Source of the DNA: Tritonibacter litoralis
GTDB lineage: Bacteria; Pseudomonadota; Alphaproteobacteria; Rhodobacterales; Rhodobacteraceae
Assembly (NCBI RefSeq): GCF_009496005.1
Contig: NZ_WIBF01000002.1
Span: 311,191-375,190, forward strand
Reading direction: 5' to 3'
Length of the DNA stretch: 64,000 nt
Under the pieces are notes generated by a model. That model was not told where the DNA came from and searched no databases. It saw nothing but the letters and a program-made list of their open reading frames with translations. Of the stretch, positions 30,932 through 40,540 are shown one piece after another (the first letter of the stretch is position 1; every line of letters starts with the position of its first letter). A program made the translations under genes and the position numbers.

Positions 30932-31279
30932 TGAAAAAGCCTGTGTCAAACCACAACACATCGCGCCCCGCCCAGTGGCAGGCGGCGCGGTGAAGATCAG
31001 CCCCTGAAACTCAGAGGATCAGTTGTGAGCGACACGCTCTAACATCAACAATTCCCATTTTGGGTGCGTTTCCTGCATTTGGTCGCACTCTTGCCAAAAA
31101 GACCAGACAATCTGTAGCGGAAACGCCTTCAACCCCAAGCCTGTGACACAGAAGTCACGAATGTATACAGTAGTACACTTCTGACTTTCGGAATAAAGAT
31201 GATGATCTTCAAAAGTACGCGATTAATCACCATATCGTTATCACAACAAGTATTTTTGAACAAATCAATGAGGTAACCC

Positions 31280-32722
31280 ATGCTTTTTCTACCCATCCTT
31301 GGCCTCTTCATTATCGCTGCCGGATTTGCTCTCCGGCGTGCCTTTGATTTTCGTGAAAAGAAGAACCTCGACGGGCTTGTCAGCGTCGCTGGTCTGGGGC
31401 TCAAGGCGGCTGGTCTGATGCTCTTTGCCGTTTCAACCTTTAACGGCATGTTTTTCTATGCTGAGCCTGGCTACAAATACCATGTCCGCACCATTTTGGG
31501 CGAAGAGAAGATGGTGTCCGACACTGGCTATAACACCTATCTTTTCGGGCGCTACAACGCATGGAAGAATGCGATGTCCGTTCAGGCCTCTACCTCAGGA
31601 CAGGGGGACGTGCGCGCGGAACGTGACAGCTCCCAGATGAGCGCGAATCTAGCGCCAAAATCGCTGGTGTTCCTGGATCAGGTGGATGCGCTTGTGTCTG
31701 CAACGGCACGGTTTGAGCTGCCCTCGGATCAGGATGCCTTCCTGCGTCTGGCGCGACAGTACCGGACGCCAGAAAACCTGTTGCGCACCGAACTTGTGCC
31801 CGCTTTTGAAGAAACCCTTGGCGCGAATGCAGCACTGATGTCAGCCGAAGACTACTTCCAAGGCGGCAAGACTGAATTCAACAATGAATTCCAACGCCAG
31901 ATGGAAGACGGCATTTACCTGGTACGCCGGATTGAACAGCAGGTTCCGACGGATCAGAACCGCACAGGCTCTGCAAATGCCGCACTTGGGACAGAGCAGG
32001 AAGAGTTTGGCGAAGACACCAAAACCGTCTTTGTGGTGCAAAAGCTATTGGACAGCACTGGACAGCCGCGCCGCAAAGCGCAGAGCTTTAGCAAATTCGG
32101 CATCACCGTCACCTCGGCTCGCGTGACGGATGTGAACCCGAACCAGAAGTTCAAGGACCGGATGGCACTGCGCCAACAGGCGGCGGCTGACCGCGCCATT
32201 GCCCGCGAACAGCGGATCCAGGAAGAAGAGCAAAAGCTGTTGGCTGTTGCGCGCGGCGAGCGGGAAGTGGCGGAACGCCAGGCCTCAGCCAAAGTGATCC
32301 AGATTGAGCGCACCACCGATGCGGAAACCGAAAAGCAGCTGGCCATTACAGCCGCCGAGCGGGAGCGGGAAGCGGCGCGGATTGCCAAGGAACAGTCCGA
32401 GATCCTGTTGGAGAAGGCTCGGATCGATGCCGAAGCCGTTCAGGTTGCTGCTGACGCCGAAGCCTATGCCAAGCGTCAAATCCTAGAGGCGGACAATGCG
32501 CTGGCCCAAAAATTGGATGCAGAAGTTGAGATCCAGCGCTTGTGGGCCGATGCGTTTGCCAAGCGGAACGTGCCTACCTATGTCTTTGGCAGCGGCGGCG
32601 GGTCCGATGGCGGCGCACCTGTAGGATCCGACGACGAGGCCTCGCGCCTGTTTCAGATCCTGACACTGCAGGCTGCGGAACGTCTGGATTACGACCGCGA
32701 GATTGCGGAAGATAAGAAGTAA
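31280..32722 (+). CDS. SPFH/band-7 (flotillin-like) protein with N-terminal TM helices and C-terminal E/A/R-rich coiled coil
   Basis: Two N-terminal TM segments, an SPFH-like core, a long EA-repeat coiled coil (ERQASAKVIQIER...AEREREAARIAKEQ) and a Gly-rich tail. Confidence 0.65.
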   Translation: MLFLPILGLFIIAAGFALRRAFDFREKKNLDGLVSVAGLGLKAAGLMLFAVSTFNGMFFYAEPGYKYHVRTILGEEKMVSDTGYNTYLFGRYNAWKNAMSVQASTSGQGDVRAERDSSQMSANLAPKSLVFLDQVDALVSATARFELPSDQDAFLRLARQYRTPENLLRTELVPAFEETLGANAALMSAEDYFQGGKTEFNNEFQRQMEDGIYLVRRIEQQVPTDQNRTGSANAALGTEQEEFGEDTKTVFVVQKLLDSTGQPRRKAQSFSKFGITVTSARVTDVNPNQKFKDRMALRQQAAADRAIAREQRIQEEEQKLLAVARGEREVAERQASAKVIQIERTTDAETEKQLAITAAEREREAARIAKEQSEILLEKARIDAEAVQVAADAEAYAKRQILEADNALAQKLDAEVEIQRLWADAFAKRNVPTYVFGSGGGSDGGAPVGSDDEASRLFQILTLQAAERLDYDREIAEDKK

Positions 32723-32852
32723 CCACGTCAGAAATGGCGTCCTGAAACGCGCTCCGCAGGGGCGCGTTTTTTGTCTGGTTTGACCCACATCAGAGACCTG
32801 CGTTTGATCTGTGGAAAACTGTGCTCCTGTATATAACATCCAGCGTTTTTTG

Positions 32853-34046
32853 ATGCTTTTGAACATCCTCATAATCTCGGTCACGGTGCTATGTGGCACC
32901 CTGCTGATGTGGCCTCGTCTGGCACATGCACCTTTGTGGCGTGCAACAATCACTCCGCTGGCGTCGATCATCGGCAGCGGTTTTCTCGTCCTGGGGCCAA
33001 TCCTGAACGCCTCTTTTGGCGGATGGGCCCCTGTGGTTATGGCCGTGCTGTGCGCGGTTGCCGCGGGTTTCGGGCAGGTGATGGTCTTTAACATCCGCTG
33101 GTTAGACCGCGCCCCGCCCCCCGGTCGCATCGACCGTGCATTGGAAGCTGCCAGTGCATGGGCCTTGGCCTTTGCCTATTTTGTGTCCGTTGCCTATTAC
33201 CTAAACCTATTGGGCGCATTTGCGGTAACGCTCACTGACAGCAATGACGGGTTTCACGCGCGCCTTGTGACCAGCGGGGTCTTTGCCGTCATCTTGCTTG
33301 TTGGATGGACCCGCGGCTTTGGCGCATTGGAGCGGCTGGAACAGATCTCGGTTGGGGTAAAGCTGTCTATCATTGCGGGCCTCCTCTTTGCTTTGATTTG
33401 GGCCTTTGGCGAGAGGCTGAATACGGGAGCACTTGTTTGGGCCCCACCATCCCAAACCGGCTGGAGCGCGTTGGCGCTTGGGTTCGGGCTCCTTGTCACC
33501 GTCCAAGGGTTTGAGACCGCACGTTACCTTGGTGAGACCTATGACGCGGGAATCCGGGTGCGTGCCTTGCGGTTGGCGCAGATTTTGTCGACAGCGATCT
33601 ATATGATCTACATCTTCTGTCTGACATTCATCTTTGCCCCGGACTCCATGGCATTGGAGGAGACTGCGATCATTTCCCTGATGGCTGCAGTTGCGCCGAT
33701 CCTGCCCATGTTGCTGATTGCAGCCGCCCTCAGCGCGCAATTCAGTGCGGCTGTGGCCGATACCGCTGGATCCGGCGGTCTGGTGACTGAGCTGACCCGC
33801 AATCGCCTGCCTCCGGCAGCAGTCTATGCGCTGCTTACCGGTTTTGGGCTGTGGCTCACGTGGCGATCAGATGTTTTTGAGATTATCACTTACGCCTCGC
33901 GCGCATTTGCGGCCTTTTATGGGCTGCAGGCTGTGCTCGCAGCCCATCGCGCCCGTCTGGCGGGTCAACAGGCTTCTGCCCGTTTGTTTGGAGCATTGGC
34001 GCTCTTGGGGCTGGCGATGGTGATCTTTGGCACGCCTGTCGAATAA
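32853..34046 (+). CDS. polytopic membrane protein of unknown function (about 10-11 TM)
   Basis: Hydrophobic helices throughout. No family recognised. Start at 32811 or 32853. Confidence 0.45.
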   Translation: MLLNILIISVTVLCGTLLMWPRLAHAPLWRATITPLASIIGSGFLVLGPILNASFGGWAPVVMAVLCAVAAGFGQVMVFNIRWLDRAPPPGRIDRALEAASAWALAFAYFVSVAYYLNLLGAFAVTLTDSNDGFHARLVTSGVFAVILLVGWTRGFGALERLEQISVGVKLSIIAGLLFALIWAFGERLNTGALVWAPPSQTGWSALALGFGLLVTVQGFETARYLGETYDAGIRVRALRLAQILSTAIYMIYIFCLTFIFAPDSMALEETAIISLMAAVAPILPMLLIAAALSAQFSAAVADTAGSGGLVTELTRNRLPPAAVYALLTGFGLWLTWRSDVFEIITYASRAFAAFYGLQAVLAAHRARLAGQQASARLFGALALLGLAMVIFGTPVE

Positions 34047-34119
34047 AGAGACCGAAGCAAAAAAGCGCGCCCAAAGCTGGACGCGCCCTTGGGCCTTCGG
34101 CCGCAATTGAACTGAACAA

Positions 34120-34368
34120 TCAGCTGTTCAGCTTTTCCTCGATCGCGGTGATGCGCGCCTTGAGGGATTCGTTTTCTTCGCGCGCTTTTTGTGCCATGGC
34201 GCGGACCGCATCGAACTCTTCGCGGGTCACAAAATCACGATCTGCCAGCCACCGGTCCACCAAGCTTTTGGCGGCGGTCTCGGCCTCGTCACGGGCCCCC
34301 TGGGCCACGCCCATGGCATTGGTCATCAACTGGGAAATATCATCCAGGATCTTGTTACGGGTCTGCAT
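34120..34368 (-). CDS. ubiK: ubiquinone biosynthesis accessory factor UbiK (YqiC/BMFP family)
   Basis: [20 protein letters not shown] and a C-terminal coiled coil. Divergent from lgt, as is common in alphaproteobacteria. Confidence 0.55.
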   Translation of the reverse strand: MQTRNKILDDISQLMTNAMGVAQGARDEAETAAKSLVDRWLADRDFVTREEFDAVRAMAQKAREENESLKARITAIEEKLNS

Positions 34369-34464
34369 TGTCTTCTCCATGTGAAGCTTGTCCCCTATAT
34401 GGGCAAGCAAACCGCCGACGGCAAGCCGTTGACTTTGGCCCTGTTGCAAAGGCATGGAACGCAT

Positions 34465-35370
34465 ATGCACGCATTGATCCCTTTTCCCGACATTTCGCCC
34501 GAGCTGTTCTCAATTTCGTTTGGGGGATTTGAGTTCGCCCTGCGCTGGTATGCCCTTGCCTATATCGCGGGTATCCTGATCGCCTGGAAGCTGGCGGTGA
34601 TGGCGGTGAAACGCCCTGCGCTGTGGCCCGGTGAAACGGCGCCGATGTCTCCAAAACACGTCGAGGATCTGATCACCTGGATCATTCTGGGTGTGGTTCT
34701 GGGGGGGCGTTTGGGGTTTGTCCTGTTTTATCAGCCGTCTTATTACCTGTCTCACCCGCTCGAGATCCTGCGGATCTGGCAGGGCGGCATGGCCTTTCAC
34801 GGCGGTCTTTTGGGCGTTGTGGCTGCGGCCTGGATCTTTGCGCGGCTTAATAACATTCCCAAACTGCAAATGGCCGACCTGGTCGCCCACACCGTGGCAC
34901 CGGGATTGCTGCTGGGACGACTGGCCAACTTTATCAATGGCGAACTTTGGGGCCGCGCGACAAACCAACCCTGGGGCGTTGCCTTCCCAGGAGGCGAGGC
35001 GCAGAACTGTGGCCAGCCGATTGATGAGCTCTGCGCGCGTCACCCAAGCCAGCTGTATGAAGCCGCACTGGAAGGGCTCGTGCTTGGCGCATTGGTCCTT
35101 TATCTTGTCTACCGCCGTCGGGCGTTCTTGCAGCCCGGCTTGGTGGTTGGCACCTTCTTGGCGGGCTATGGCCTGGCGCGATTTATCGTTGAGTTTTTCC
35201 GCCAACCGGATGCGCAGTTTATCTCTGCTGGCAACCCCTTGGGACTGGCCTGGCAGATTAATGGCTACGGCCTTACGCAGGGGCAGGCCCTGTCGCTCCC
35301 CATGATTGCGCTTGGCCTCTTTTTTGTCTGGCGCGCCCGCAAACATTACAGAACTCAGGCTGTCGCATGA
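34465..35370 (+). CDS. lgt: prolipoprotein diacylglyceryl transferase
   Basis: Lgt signature G..FHGGL and a polytopic architecture. ATG at 34465. Confidence 0.85.
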   Translation: MHALIPFPDISPELFSISFGGFEFALRWYALAYIAGILIAWKLAVMAVKRPALWPGETAPMSPKHVEDLITWIILGVVLGGRLGFVLFYQPSYYLSHPLEILRIWQGGMAFHGGLLGVVAAAWIFARLNNIPKLQMADLVAHTVAPGLLLGRLANFINGELWGRATNQPWGVAFPGGEAQNCGQPIDELCARHPSQLYEAALEGLVLGALVLYLVYRRRAFLQPGLVVGTFLAGYGLARFIVEFFRQPDAQFISAGNPLGLAWQINGYGLTQGQALSLPMIALGLFFVWRARKHYRTQAVA

Positions 35371-36434
35371 GCCTGCTTGACCATCTGAAATCCCGCATCT
35401 TGGCCGATGGACCGCTGTCCATCGCGGATTATATGGCGGAATGCCTGCTGCACCCTGAATACGGCTATTACACCTGCCGCGATCCCCTGGGCGCTGACGG
35501 GGACTTTGTCACGGCACCCGAAATCTCCCAGATGTTTGGAGAGCTAATCGGTCTCTCCCTCGCTCAAAGCTGGCTGGATCAGGGTGCGCCCGCCCCTTTT
35601 ACCCTTGCTGAATTTGGCCCTGGTCGCGGCAACTTGATGGCGGATCTCTTGCGTGCCACCCGCGCTTTGCCGGGTTTTCATGGCGCGATGCAAATCCATC
35701 TGGTTGAGGCCTCCCCCACTCTCAGGTCCCTACAACAAAAGGCATTACGTGGGTTTGATGTCATATGGTCGGCGGATGCAGGCGAATTGCCGCAACAACC
35801 GCTGTTTATGGTGGCCAATGAGTTTTTTGACGCCCTGCCCGTGCGTCAATTTATCCGCCAAGGCGACGGCTGGGCCGAAAAGCGTGTGGGGCTTGAGGAT
35901 GAGTGTTTGCAGTTCGGCCTGTCCCAACCAAGCCCGCAGCCTGCCTTGGACCACCGGCTTCAAGACACCGATGACGGCGATTTGGTCGAACATTGCACCA
36001 TGGCCGCCCCTGTTATGGCAGAGATCTGCGCGCGGATTGCCAACCATGGTGGCGCGGGCTTGGTGATTGATTATGGCGACTGGCGGTCCCTTGGAGACAC
36101 TTTGCAAGCCTTGCGCGCGCATACGCCCGTTGACCCGTTGGTGGATCCCGGAACGGCGGATTTGACAACCCATGTGGACTTTGAAGCCTTGACAGTTACA
36201 GCCGGTGCGGTGGGCTGCGGATTCTCGCGGATCACGCCACAGGGCATTTTTCTGGAACGCCTTGGCATCACACAGCGCGCGCAAAACCTGGCGCAGAACC
36301 TCAGCGGCGCTGCACTGGACACTCATATCGCTGCACATCGACGGTTGACGCACCCGCAGGAAATGGGAAACCTGTTCAAAGTCATGGGGCTGTTCCCCAA
36401 GACGCAGACACCCCCACCCGGATTGGACATATGA
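35367..36434 (+). CDS. class I SAM-dependent methyltransferase, MidA/NDUFAF7 (DUF185) family
   Basis: [14 protein letters not shown] and EFGPGRG motifs. Overlaps the lgt stop. Confidence 0.7.
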   Translation: MSLLDHLKSRILADGPLSIADYMAECLLHPEYGYYTCRDPLGADGDFVTAPEISQMFGELIGLSLAQSWLDQGAPAPFTLAEFGPGRGNLMADLLRATRALPGFHGAMQIHLVEASPTLRSLQQKALRGFDVIWSADAGELPQQPLFMVANEFFDALPVRQFIRQGDGWAEKRVGLEDECLQFGLSQPSPQPALDHRLQDTDDGDLVEHCTMAAPVMAEICARIANHGGAGLVIDYGDWRSLGDTLQALRAHTPVDPLVDPGTADLTTHVDFEALTVTAGAVGCGFSRITPQGIFLERLGITQRAQNLAQNLSGAALDTHIAAHRRLTHPQEMGNLFKVMGLFPKTQTPPPGLDI

Positions 36435-37192
36435 CGCTGGAAATTCTGACCTCGGATCTTTTGTCGCCCGCGAAACATGGGTTCTTTACCCGCAAAGGCG
36501 GTGCGTCTTCGGGCATATTTTCCGGTCTGAATTGCGGATTGGGATCCAGTGATCAGCGCGAAGTCGTTGCGTTGAACCGCGCACGTGTGGCCGAAGCGAT
36601 GGGGGTGCAATCCGATGCGTTGATCGGCGTGCATCAGGTCCATTCAGCAGACGTCGTCACGATCACGCAGCCCCAAGGCGACATGCCACGCGCCCGCGCG
36701 GACGGAATTGTCACCAACCAGCCCGGGCTGGCCTTGGCAATTTTGACAGCAGATTGCCAACCTGTTTTGTTTCATGACGAAAATGCCGGCGTGATCGGCG
36801 CAGCCCACGCAGGTTGGCGCGGCACATTGGATGGGGTTCTGGAGTCCACCATCGATGCAATGGTCGCCCTTGGGGCCCAACGGCAGGCCATTCGTGCTGT
36901 TATTGGCCCGTCGATTTCGCAATCAGCCTATGAGGTTGGGCCGGAATTCTTTGACAGTTTCATTTCGCAAGACTCTGAGAACGCACGTTTCTTCCGCGCT
37001 GGCGAAGGCGACCGGCATATGTTTGACCTGCCAAAGTTTGGCCTTTCAAAGCTGCAAGCATCCGGCATCGCATCCGCGGAGTGGACCGGGCATTGCACTT
37101 ATCAAGACGCAGATCGGTTTTATTCCTACCGCCGCACAACCCACGCCAAAGAGGCCGATTATGGCCGTCTGATTTCCTGCATTCGGCTTTAA
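36431..37192 (+). CDS. pgeF: peptidoglycan editing factor PgeF (YfiH/laccase-domain family)
   Basis: TADC..V and HAGWRG motifs. Overlaps the previous stop. Confidence 0.75.
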   Translation: MTLEILTSDLLSPAKHGFFTRKGGASSGIFSGLNCGLGSSDQREVVALNRARVAEAMGVQSDALIGVHQVHSADVVTITQPQGDMPRARADGIVTNQPGLALAILTADCQPVLFHDENAGVIGAAHAGWRGTLDGVLESTIDAMVALGAQRQAIRAVIGPSISQSAYEVGPEFFDSFISQDSENARFFRAGEGDRHMFDLPKFGLSKLQASGIASAEWTGHCTYQDADRFYSYRRTTHAKEADYGRLISCIRL

Positions 37193-37484
37193 ACAGCGCT
37201 TCTGGAAATCTTAACCAAATTAGGCAAATCCAAGTCCCGCACAAAACACATGGGCGAAGTTTGGCCGCAATTTCTGACCGAAATTTGTTCGAAAAAGCGG
37301 AAAGATACAAGTTTACCCATATTTCACAGGGCACTAACCCGTGAATTACATCTTGTGAATTAAATGTGACCCTCCCCCTTATTTCCTCTCCTAAGCCACA
37401 ATCGGGGCACAATGCAGGCCGATAAAGTAAACAACTTGAACTTGTTACAGCAGTAGATTTTAACGAGTTGACTTAGGAGAAGAC

Positions 37485-37622
37485 ATGAAAAGCCGTTTTA
37501 TCAAGTCCGCTATCGTCACGGCCCGGACAATGACATCGCCCCCCGCAAAACCCGCAAAAAAACCGCGCCAATGTAGTGCGACACGCGCTCAAGTCCCAGT
37601 TCCCTGCAAAAAATCAGCCTGA
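37485..37622 (+). CDS. candidate 45-aa basic Pro/Lys-rich small protein
   Basis: ATG preceded by AGGAGA at optimal spacing (ttaggagaagacATG) inside a ~720-bp low-GC intergenic region. Not in the ORF track. Confidence 0.2.
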   Translation: MKSRFIKSAIVTARTMTSPPAKPAKKPRQCSATRAQVPVPCKKSA

Positions 37623-37915
37623 CAGGAAGCCAATCACCCGCACATAAGCTGCCACCGCTGCGCAAAACCTTACTCAGCATTGAGAGTTTCTCAGAGTTCG
37701 GATTTGGAAGGTGACTATTCCTTAGGGTCTTTACCCTACCGTTGAATACAATACAGAGCCGGGCTCGCTGATACCTCTGCATGGACATAGTATACGTCTA
37801 TGCGCTTCCAAAACTGCCAATCGTCGGTGTTCGCCGGGTTCGAACCCACAAATGGAAGCAAGACCATGGGAAGAGAAGCCAACAGCCCGGCGGGAACAAA
37901 AAAGGGTCGTTCATA

Positions 37916-38710
37916 ATGACCATTCCTCATTCGCTGCACCGTGCGGCGGCCAACCTGTTAGACTCGCAGGCCCTGATCCAGGATCCGGCCGCACTGCGAG
38001 GTGCGACCAAACCGCAGCTGCGCCGGTTTGACGTGATGAGCCTGCTGCCCAATGGCAACATTTCTGAAACGCGCCATACCGCACCAACTTTGCCGCTGTT
38101 TGAACAGGCATTCACCGCCTTTTGTCGCGGATCCTTGGTTGACACGACACAAGGACCCATTGCCGTAGAAGACCTGCTGCCTGGGGATGAGATCGTGGAC
38201 CTAAACGGCGAAGCCCAAACACTGCTGTGGAAAGGGCGCACCACAATTTTGCCGACACGCCCGACCGCACGCGGTCAAAAACGGCGCCTTATCAGCTTTA
38301 TGCCCGACAGCCTTGGACTTGCAAAACCAGCGGCCTGCGTTGTCGTTGGCCCTGCTGCCCGTCTGCTGCGTACCCCTGCTCACCTACGCGGCGACGACAC
38401 CACCGAGGGTCTTTTGACCCCGGTGGGCGAATTTATGGACGGTATGAACATCGTTGAAACCGCGCCACCGACGCCGGTTGAAATGTTCCATTTGTGCCTG
38501 CCCCAACACAGTGTGATCCGTGTGGGGGGCTTGCCGTTTGAAACCTATCACCCTGGCCCCGATGCCCTGAAACTGGTCAGCCATGCCATTCGCACTCTGT
38601 ATCTGAACCTGTTTTCACATATCGAATCGGGAGCGGATTTTGGGCCCCTGTGCCACCCACGGATGGAACAGCCGGGTACAAGCAACGATAAACCGCCTTC
38701 GATGGCCTAG
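37916..38710 (+). CDS. Hint (Hedgehog/intein) domain-containing protein
   Basis: About 264-aa protein with a Hint-like module (LPGDEIVDLNGEAQTLLWKG...HSVIRVGGLPFETYHPG), as in the Rhodobacterales Hint-domain family. The ORF-track start at 37781 is rejected. Confidence 0.55.
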   Translation: MTIPHSLHRAAANLLDSQALIQDPAALRGATKPQLRRFDVMSLLPNGNISETRHTAPTLPLFEQAFTAFCRGSLVDTTQGPIAVEDLLPGDEIVDLNGEAQTLLWKGRTTILPTRPTARGQKRRLISFMPDSLGLAKPAACVVVGPAARLLRTPAHLRGDDTTEGLLTPVGEFMDGMNIVETAPPTPVEMFHLCLPQHSVIRVGGLPFETYHPGPDALKLVSHAIRTLYLNLFSHIESGADFGPLCHPRMEQPGTSNDKPPSMA

Positions 38711-38761
38711 CGAAAAAGAGGCTGCGGGCTATTTTCCGCAGCCCGTTTTGCCCCGACATAA

Positions 38762-39268
38762 TCAGGCTTCGCGCGCCAGCCGCTCTTCCAGGGTTTCAAA
38801 GGGGACGCCCGGTTGATCTTTGGCACCGCGGATGACGAGCGACGTTTTTACACTGGCGACATTTGGTGTCGTCAGCAATTGCCCGGTTAGAAAGCTTTGA
38901 AAAGTCGAAAGGTCGGGTGAGACGCACTTGAGGATAAAATCCACCTCTCCGTTCAACATGTGGCATTCGCGAACCAACGGCCAGCTGCGGCATTGTTCCT
39001 CAAAAGCGCTCAGCTCATGTTCGGCCTGGCTCTCCAGACCAACCATTGCAAAGACTTGCACCTCGAACCCAAGATCCCGCGCGTTCACATCCGCATGGTA
39101 GCCACGGATCAAACCGGCCTCCTCCAGCGCACGCACCCGCCGCAGACATGGCGGAGCAGAGATACCGACTCGTTTCGCCAGCTCCACGTTGGTCATCCGA
39201 CCGTCAGCCTGCAACTCCGACAAAATCATGCGATCGATCGGATCCAGTCGCGTTGTGACCATGTTCAT
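38762..39268 (-). CDS. Lrp/AsnC family transcriptional regulator
   Basis: N-terminal HTH (LDPIDRMILSELQADGRMTNVELAKRVGIS) plus a RAM domain. Confidence 0.8.
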   Translation of the reverse strand: MNMVTTRLDPIDRMILSELQADGRMTNVELAKRVGISAPPCLRRVRALEEAGLIRGYHADVNARDLGFEVQVFAMVGLESQAEHELSAFEEQCRSWPLVRECHMLNGEVDFILKCVSPDLSTFQSFLTGQLLTTPNVASVKTSLVIRGAKDQPGVPFETLEERLAREA

Positions 39269-39502
39269 GCTCCCGTAAAATCAGTTTTGTTATAGCAACC
39301 CGGCCCGCTGGCGCAATATTATTTCACAACCGAGCAGCATTATTCTTTTTCCGTAAAAGCAAGAACAAAAACACTAGCAACCTGTCAATGGTGGGACGTT
39401 AGTCTTTGCACCATCTGAGGGGTTTAAGCAAACGCAGGCGGCAGCTATATGCATCCTCGACCAACGGCAAGCCCGTTTTGCCATGCTATTTGAGGATTTC
39501 AA

Positions 39503-40444
39503 ATGTCTGAGACACGCCACACCAAGGTATTGATCATCGGCTCGGGACCTGCGGGCTATACTGCAGGGGTTTATGCGGCCCGCGCTATGCTGGAACCGGT
39601 TCTGGTTCAGGGCATGGAGCCCGGCGGTCAGCTGACCACGACCACCGAAGTCGAAAACTATCCGGGTTTCACCGAAGTGCAAGGCCCCGACCTGATGGTG
39701 AAGATGCAAGAGCACGCAGCTGCCATGGGCTGTGACATCGTTGGCGATCTGATCACCTCGCTCGACACCACGGTGCGCCCGTTTGTGGCCAAAGGCGACA
39801 GCGGCACCACATACTCAGCCGACGCTGTGATCCTGGCCACTGGCGCGCGCGCCAAATGGCTGGGTCTTGAGTCCGAGGAGAAGTTCAAAGGTTTTGGCGT
39901 TTCCGCCTGTGCGACCTGCGACGGTTTCTTCTATCGCGGTCAAGAGATCGTGGTGATCGGCGGCGGCAACACCGCCGTTGAAGAAGCGCTGTTCCTGACC
40001 AACTTTGCTTCCAAAGTGACCTTGATCCACCGCCGGGACGAGCTGCGGGCCGAGAAGATCCTGCAAGACCGCTTGTTCAAAAACGAAAAAATCGAAACCC
40101 TGTGGTTCCATGAGCTGCACGAAGTCTACGGCAGCGACACTCCGCTGGGCGTGGAAGGTGTCAAAGTCAAGAACGTCAAAACCGGCGAAATCAATGACCT
40201 GCCCTGCAAAGGCGTGTTTGTCGCCATCGGTCACGCACCCGCAACCGAACTGGTCAAAGACGTGCTGGACCTGCACAACGGCGGCTATGTCTCTGTCAAG
40301 CCAGGTTCAACCGAAACCTCGATCCCCGGCATTTTTGCGGCGGGCGATCTGACCGACCACAAATATCGTCAGGCTGTGACCTCGGCCGGTATGGGCTGTA
40401 TGGCGGCTCTGGATGCTGAACGGTTCCTGGCCGAACAGGAATAA
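39503..40444 (+). CDS. trxB: thioredoxin-disulfide reductase
   Basis: [12 protein letters not shown] motif, CATCDG redox-active site and [15 protein letters not shown] motif. Confidence 0.9.
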   Translation: MSETRHTKVLIIGSGPAGYTAGVYAARAMLEPVLVQGMEPGGQLTTTTEVENYPGFTEVQGPDLMVKMQEHAAAMGCDIVGDLITSLDTTVRPFVAKGDSGTTYSADAVILATGARAKWLGLESEEKFKGFGVSACATCDGFFYRGQEIVVIGGGNTAVEEALFLTNFASKVTLIHRRDELRAEKILQDRLFKNEKIETLWFHELHEVYGSDTPLGVEGVKVKNVKTGEINDLPCKGVFVAIGHAPATELVKDVLDLHNGGYVSVKPGSTETSIPGIFAAGDLTDHKYRQAVTSAGMGCMAALDAERFLAEQE

Positions 40445-40467
40445 TCCATTCCTTCTGACCACATTTT

Positions 40468-40506
40468 CCAGGGGCGGCTTCATCTGGGCCGCCCTTTTTC
40501 TATTTT
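40468..40506 (+). terminator. intrinsic terminator after trxB
   Basis: ggggcggcttcatctgggccgccc hairpin plus tttttctatttt. Confidence 0.55.
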
Positions 40507-40540
40507 GTGTCCAAATGCTTCAAGATCTGCGTCTATTTCA

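Noticed and set aside
37836-37852. GGGTTCGAACCC palindrome resembling a tRNA T-arm, possibly a tRNA gene or integration-site remnant
   Set aside because: Neither strand yields an acceptor stem, D-arm or anticodon arm around it, and there is no CCA context. At most it is a short fragment. It lies at the 5' end of the Hint-domain gene region.
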